32,000 nt of DNA. It comes from Candidatus Helarchaeota ASGARD archaeon Hel_GB_B. GTDB taxonomy: Archaea; Asgardarchaeota; Lokiarchaeia; Helarchaeales; HEL-GB-B. The notes beneath the pieces are model-generated. The model was not told the DNA's origin. It worked only from the letters and a program-made list of their open reading frames with translations, and ran no database searches. Every line of letters begins with the position of its first letter. Within the stretch, counting starts at the first letter, position 1. Shown here in pieces: positions 27,419 through 32,000 of the stretch. The stretch lies in contig SUPR01000005.1 of assembly GCA_005191425.1 (NCBI GenBank), positions 1-32,000 of the forward strand, in the 5' to 3' direction. The position numbers and the translations under genes are program-made.

Positions 27419-28099
27419 ATGAAAGATAAAATTTTAGAGGTCAGACATGTATCAAAAGAATATAAATTAGGAAAAATAAAAGTTAAGGCACTTAATGATG
27501 TATCTTTTTCTCTTGAGAGAGGTGAATTGATTTCAATAGTTGGCCCATCAGGTTCAGGTAAAACCACACTATTAAACTTAATAGGTGCCTTGGACAAACC
27601 TACATCTGGAAGTATTTACATTGAAGGTACTGAAATTAATAGTTTAAATGAAAAACAACTGACAAAAATTAGACGCGATAAAATCGGTTTTATTTTCCAA
27701 TTTTATAACTTAATTCCAGTTTTAAGCGCATTTGAAAATGTTGATTTACCAATGATGGCTGCATCAATAAAGAAAAAAGAGAGAAATAAAAGAGCATTAG
27801 AACTTTTACAGATAGTTGGATTAACGAATAGAAAAAACCACCGACCTGAAGAATTAAGTGGTGGAGAACGACAACGCGTAGCAATTGCTAGGTCACTAGC
27901 AAACAATCCTTCAATTATTCTTGCAGATGAACCTACTGGCGATCTTGACACAAAAACTGGAGAAGAAATAATCAATTATATTAAAAATTCAAATGTATCA
28001 ACTATCATTGTCACTCATGATCCAGTTGTTGCTATGGCAACAAGTAAAATAATCTACCTAAAAGATGGGTCTATTGAAAAAATAGAGAAAATAAATTAA
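27419..28099 (+). CDS. ABC transporter ATP-binding protein, LolD/MacB type (track start 27389; ATG 27419 more likely)
   Basis: GPSGSGKT, FIFQFYNL, LSGGERQR, ILADEPTGDLD and VTHD. Confidence 0.96.
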   Translation: MKDKILEVRHVSKEYKLGKIKVKALNDVSFSLERGELISIVGPSGSGKTTLLNLIGALDKPTSGSIYIEGTEINSLNEKQLTKIRRDKIGFIFQFYNLIPVLSAFENVDLPMMAASIKKKERNKRALELLQIVGLTNRKNHRPEELSGGERQRVAIARSLANNPSIILADEPTGDLDTKTGEEIINYIKNSNVSTIIVTHDPVVAMATSKIIYLKDGSIEKIEKIN

Positions 28100-28111
28100 T
28101 TTTCTAACCTA

Positions 28112-29296
28112 CTAATTATAATTTTCAATTAATCGAATTGCAGCTTGCTTAGTTGCTTCTACGGTCGGTACTAATGCAAATCGAACAAACTTTTCACCAG
28201 GATTAATCCCATTAAATTCCCTACTAATCCATGCACCTGGAGTACAAACAATTGCTATTTTTTCTGAAAGTAGTTTTTTTGCGAAGTCAACTGAATTCAT
28301 GCCCTCTGGAACTTTCTGCCAAATGTAAATAGTTGCCTTAGGTATACATTTAGGCAGTCCAATTTTCGTAAAAGCATCAATCATAGTATCTCGTTTTATA
28401 GCATAAAGTTCACGCATCTTTTTTACATGTTCTTCATCTTTAAGAGCTGCAATAGCTGCTTCTTGAATAAATCTTGGAGTTCCTGAATCTATATTTGTCT
28501 TAACTTTTTTAAATAAGGATACCACATTTTCATCGCCTGCAACCCAGCCAACACGATAGCCTGTCATATTACTCCGCTTTGAGAGACTATGAAATACTAT
28601 TACATTTTCTCTGGTAAATTCTAAAATGCTTCTTGGTTTTTCATTATAATAATTCTCTGTATATGCTTCATCTGATCCAATTACAATATTGTTATCATGA
28701 GCAAAATCAATAACCTCCTTAAAAAATTTCTCAGGTGCCATCGCTGCTGTAGGATTATTCGGGTAATTGATCCAAATCAGTTTAACTTTTTTAATTATTT
28801 TCTGATCAATATTTTTAAAATCAGGTAAAAAATTATTTTCCTCTAATAATGGAAGGAAATATGGGACTCCTTCAGCAAAAATAGTCCCCCGTTCATATGG
28901 GGGATATCCTGGATTGGGTATTAATACGATATCACCTGGATTTATAATAGACTCATGAAAATTAAAAATAGCCTCTTTAGAGCCTATGGTCGAACCTATT
29001 TCTTTTTCTGGATCAAGATCTATATTAAATCTTTTTTTATACCATTCTTGAATTGTTTCTCTATATTCAACTGACCCAATATAGCTCGGATATCCGCTCG
29101 ATTTATATTTATCAATAGCTTCTTTAGCAGCTTTTCTGATAAATTCGGGCGTAGGGTCTTTTGGGTCTCCCACTCCAAAATCTGTGGGGATGATTCCTTC
29201 CTCTTTTAGTTTATCAACTAATCTATCTACATCCGCAAATGCATAACTACCTATAGACTTTAACCTACTACTACCTTCTATTTTCAATTTTAACAC
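28112..29296 (-). CDS. dapL: PLP aminotransferase of the DAP pathway, probably LL-diaminopimelate aminotransferase (DapL/DapC-like)
   Basis: GVGDP, GSKEAI, NYPNNPT, DEAY, SLSKRSNMTGYRVG; directly downstream of dapF. DapL versus succinyl-DAP DapC cannot be resolved by eye. Confidence 0.7.
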   Translation of the reverse strand: MLKLKIEGSSRLKSIGSYAFADVDRLVDKLKEEGIIPTDFGVGDPKDPTPEFIRKAAKEAIDKYKSSGYPSYIGSVEYRETIQEWYKKRFNIDLDPEKEIGSTIGSKEAIFNFHESIINPGDIVLIPNPGYPPYERGTIFAEGVPYFLPLLEENNFLPDFKNIDQKIIKKVKLIWINYPNNPTAAMAPEKFFKEVIDFAHDNNIVIGSDEAYTENYYNEKPRSILEFTRENVIVFHSLSKRSNMTGYRVGWVAGDENVVSLFKKVKTNIDSGTPRFIQEAAIAALKDEEHVKKMRELYAIKRDTMIDAFTKIGLPKCIPKATIYIWQKVPEGMNSVDFAKKLLSEKIAIVCTPGAWISREFNGINPGEKFVRFALVPTVEATKQAAIRLIENYN

Positions 29297-29336
29297 ACTT
29301 TGAAATTCAATTAAAAATTAAAATAGATTTTCTTTT

Positions 29337-30194
29337 TTAAATTATAATGTGTATTGTCCCCTCAAACACTTCTTCTGCGGGTCCAGTCATGTAGACATCT
29401 GTACGATTCTCCCAAAAAATTTCAAGTTCTCCCCCTTTTAAGTGAACTATTGCCTTATTTTCAATTTTTGAATTAAGTATTGCAGCTACAACTGAGGCAC
29501 ATGCACCAGTCCCACAAGCTAAAGTCTCTCCGACCCCTCTTTCCCATACCCGTATTTTAATTTCTTTTTTGTTTAAGATTTGTACAAATTCTACATTTAT
29601 TCGGTCAGGAAACTTTTTATCAATCTCAATTTTTCTCCCTAAATTTATATCAATTTCATTTATATCATCAACAAAAACTATACAATGCGGATTGCCCATA
29701 TTTACACACGTTATATGGACTACCTCATTATCAACAATAAACTCTTCATTTATGACTTTACCTTCAGGTCCAATCATTGGTATCTGTGATCTTAATAGTC
29801 TAGGAGTTCCCATATTAACTTTAATACCAACAATTTCTCCGTTCTCAAACAATAATTCTGGAACAATCAGCCCTGCTTTTGTTTCAATTTTATAGTATTT
29901 TTTCTTTTTAATATTATGTGTATAAAGATATTTTACAAACATCCTAATACCGTTTCCGCACATCTCAGCTTCGGAACCGTCCGGGTTGAAAATTTGCATT
30001 TGGTAATCAAATTGGTCTGAAGTTGGAGATTGTGCAAATAAAATTCCATCAGACCCAATAGAAAAATGTCTTTGACATAATTTTCTTGCTAATAAACTTT
30101 TAGTCCTAAAATTATCTGGGAGTTTGTTTTCATCTATATTAATAATTATGTAATCATTTCCTAAACCATGATATTTATAAAAATGGATGTCCAC
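29337..30194 (-). CDS. dapF: Diaminopimelate epimerase
   Basis: KYHGLGNDY, FNPDGSEAEMCGNG, MGNPH, NVEF, and ERGVGETLACGTGA (both catalytic Cys); GTG start. Confidence 0.97.
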   Translation of the reverse strand: MDIHFYKYHGLGNDYIIINIDENKLPDNFRTKSLLARKLCQRHFSIGSDGILFAQSPTSDQFDYQMQIFNPDGSEAEMCGNGIRMFVKYLYTHNIKKKKYYKIETKAGLIVPELLFENGEIVGIKVNMGTPRLLRSQIPMIGPEGKVINEEFIVDNEVVHITCVNMGNPHCIVFVDDINEIDINLGRKIEIDKKFPDRINVEFVQILNKKEIKIRVWERGVGETLACGTGACASVVAAILNSKIENKAIVHLKGGELEIFWENRTDVYMTGPAEEVFEGTIHIII

Positions 30195-30261
30195 GAACTT
30201 ATCTCTCTCCAGATTTTAAACAAAATAAATAAAATAAGATAAATTAATTGATTGTAAAAAA

Positions 30262-31398
30262 TTATTCATTATATTCATGTTGGTCCTTTAAAAGTCGTTC
30301 TGGAATGTTATCTTCTCCAATAATTTCAAGCGAATATCCTAGACCATATCTTGCTCCACCTACAACACTTTGCCAGCCAGCTTTTGCTATACTTCTAGCC
30401 ACTCTTTCTGCAGACCTTTTCTCCACAAAACCAATGTTCTTTGTCCATGTCATTATCCATTTTTCTTTTGGTTTATCTAATGTTAAGAAGATACCATCAC
30501 CTGAAACCTCTGGTACTGTAATAAATTCCTTACCATTATATTTTAAATAAATGATATCCATTTTGCCTTTAATCATTTTTTCAGTTGGTTTTAAGCCTTC
30601 ATATTTTATTCTTAAATCTTCTAGTTCTTTATTATGTTGATCTTCTAGTTCTTCTATCCTTTTATTAAATTCTGTTTCAAGAGTTTTTTTCTGCTCTTCT
30701 AATGCATTATTTTTCTCTTCTTCCAATTTCTTTTTTTCTGATTCAAAATCTTTTTCCATTTGACTAATTTTCTGGTTTAATTCAGATTTCTCATTTTCTA
30801 AAGACTCAATTTTTTCATTCAAATCTTTTAATAGGTTCTCTTTTTCCTCTTGAAGGTTTTTTAAATCACTTTCCAGTTTAAAATTTTTATCTGACAAATT
30901 ATTTATTTCTGCATTCAACTTTTTAATTTCAGACTCTGAACTTGTTTTTAGTTTGTTAATTTCAGACTCTGAATTTGTTTTTAGTTCGTTAATTTCTTTT
31001 TCTGCTCCATTTAACGATTCTTGTAATTGAGCTATCTGCTGATCTTTCTCATTAATTTCTACGTTTAAAGATTCTATCTGATTTTTATAATTATTCTCGA
31101 TATTTTTAAATTCTTCATTTGTTTTATCCATTTCTTCTTTTAACATTTTGTTAACATTTATATTTTCCTGGATTTCATTGTTTAACTTGTTTATTTCTTC
31201 TTTAAATTTATTTTTCAAATCATTTATTTCAGTATTTAATTTTGAAACCACATTATTAAGTTCATTTATTTTCCGTTTCTGAGATTCAATCTCACTTTTT
31301 TGAGATTGCACCGTATCTCTATAATTTAAAATAATTGTACCTTCAATTTTATATTGTTTCTCTGGTTTTTCTTTAATTTTTTCGAAATCAATGGACAT
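30262..31398 (-). CDS. Long coiled-coil protein with a C-terminal gelsolin-like domain (track start 31407; ATG 31398 likely)
   Basis: About 240 aa of E/K/N-rich heptad and hendecad coil, then about 100 aa globular domain FLTLD...WIMTW...EKRSAERVARSI matching the gelsolin-domain strand-strand-helix pattern. Confidence 0.6.
   Translation of the reverse strand: MSIDFEKIKEKPEKQYKIEGTIILNYRDTVQSQKSEIESQKRKINELNNVVSKLNTEINDLKNKFKEEINKLNNEIQENINVNKMLKEEMDKTNEEFKNIENNYKNQIESLNVEINEKDQQIAQLQESLNGAEKEINELKTNSESEINKLKTSSESEIKKLNAEINNLSDKNFKLESDLKNLQEEKENLLKDLNEKIESLENEKSELNQKISQMEKDFESEKKKLEEEKNNALEEQKKTLETEFNKRIEELEDQHNKELEDLRIKYEGLKPTEKMIKGKMDIIYLKYNGKEFITVPEVSGDGIFLTLDKPKEKWIMTWTKNIGFVEKRSAERVARSIAKAGWQSVVGGARYGLGYSLEIIGEDNIPERLLKDQHEYNE
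30923..30996. repeat. 33-bp tandem repeat (about 2.2 copies) encoding 11-aa units
   Basis: TTAATTTCAGACTCTGAA(C/T)TTGTTTTTAGTT(T/C)G units start at 30923, 30956 and 30989; protein reads EINELKTNSES-EINKLKTSSES-EIK. Confidence 0.95.
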
Positions 31399-31596
31399 AA
31401 AAATCACTCTCTTTATATTTTAACAATCCATATCATATCTATACTTTTTATTATATTAAATTATAAATCATGAAAATAATGATTTAATGATAAATTGGTG
31501 TTTTTTTATTTTAATATTACTCATTAAAAATCTTATCAATACAAAAATATTTAAAAAAAATCGAAAAAATCAATTTTTGGTTAAAAAAATAGAAGA

Positions 31597-32000
31597 TTAA
31601 TAGGGTTCTTCTGGAATTAACGACCAAACGAATAGAACTGAGAGAACAACGCAAAGATAAATCCCTGGTATTCCCATTAAATCAACTAGAAAGAAATATG
31701 TACAAACTGCAAATATAGCGCTTAGTAATCCTATTGCAATATAGCCCCATATATTATTTTTTAATATTCTTGGATTTAAATGTTCAAATAGTTGCGCACC
31801 TATTCCAACACAGAATGCAATTAATAAAATGGGCGTTGAAGGTAAATATGCACTTGTCATGAAATAAATATAAAATAGATATGCAATAAATGCTGATATT
31901 GCTGCAAAAAATAGTCCCATACATGTAGCTCTATATAATCTATTTCTTGTTTTTACAAATATTGGCCAAATAAATGCTAAAATCCAAATTGTAATTAGAG
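31597..32000 (-). CDS. Hypothetical multi-pass membrane protein, 5'-truncated by the window edge
   Basis: The frame of track ORF 31597..31920 stays open to 32000 (...LITIWILAFIWPIFVKTRNRLYRATC-MGLFF...). Confidence 0.65.
   Translation of the reverse strand, partial: LITIWILAFIWPIFVKTRNRLYRATCMGLFFAAISAFIAYLFYIYFMTSAYLPSTPILLIAFCVGIGAQLFEHLNPRILKNNIWGYIAIGLLSAIFAVCTYFFLVDLMGIPGIYLCVVLSVLFVWSLIPEEPY

Noticed and set aside
9580-30194. Peptidoglycan or pseudomurein synthesis suggested by DAP genes plus a PBP-fold protein
   Set aside because: No Mur ligases, MraY or MurG are present; lysA consumes meso-DAP, so lysine synthesis explains the dap genes.
957-30550. Short antisense or overlapping ORFs in the track (e.g. 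957..1202, 1686..1880, 6440..6724, 7544..7750, 7766..8005, 7999..8208, 12080..12430, 12246..12428, 14911..15108, 15358..15582, 16195..16401, 16281..16703, 17323..17520, 22985..23185, 23837..24034, 26795..27058, 27403..27975, 29569..29895, 30248..30550)
   Set aside because: They overlap well-supported genes and show no motifs; they are typical shadow ORFs.

Overview
A very AT-rich archaeal chromosomal window. Asgard (Lokiarchaeia/Helarchaeales-like) affiliation is inferred from BHB-intron tRNAs, a thiolase-DUF35 pair, a longin/uDENN-like protein and a coiled-coil/gelsolin-like protein. The left end has three tRNA-Arg genes (UCU, CCU, UCG) around arginyl-tRNA synthetase. They carry four BHB-type introns at three positions: T-loop 59/60, canonical 37/38 (twice) and D-loop. 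Two tandem family-3 acyltransferases sit inside this cluster, the second frameshifted at an A8 tract. Next come a stand-alone Lrp/AsnC ligand-binding domain, an MFS transporter, an orphan amino-DNA methyltransferase, a sequon-rich beta-lactamase-fold serine hydrolase and the thiolase-DUF35 pair. The longin/uDENN-like gene has about 90 upstream codons that the ORF track misses. The diaminopimelate lysine pathway is split into two convergent blocks, dapA-dapB-lysA (+) and dapF-dapL-like (-). These enclose an 11 kb envelope-type cluster: a membrane protein with a perfect (GHY)5 repeat, a CDP-alcohol phosphotransferase, two processive-type GT2 paralogs with DxG in place of DxD, a LuxE-like acyl-protein synthetase without LuxC, a third GT2 and a MacB/LolCDE-type ABC transporter. 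No integrase, transposase, CRISPR array or rRNA was seen. All calls rest on motif recognition by eye; no searches were run.
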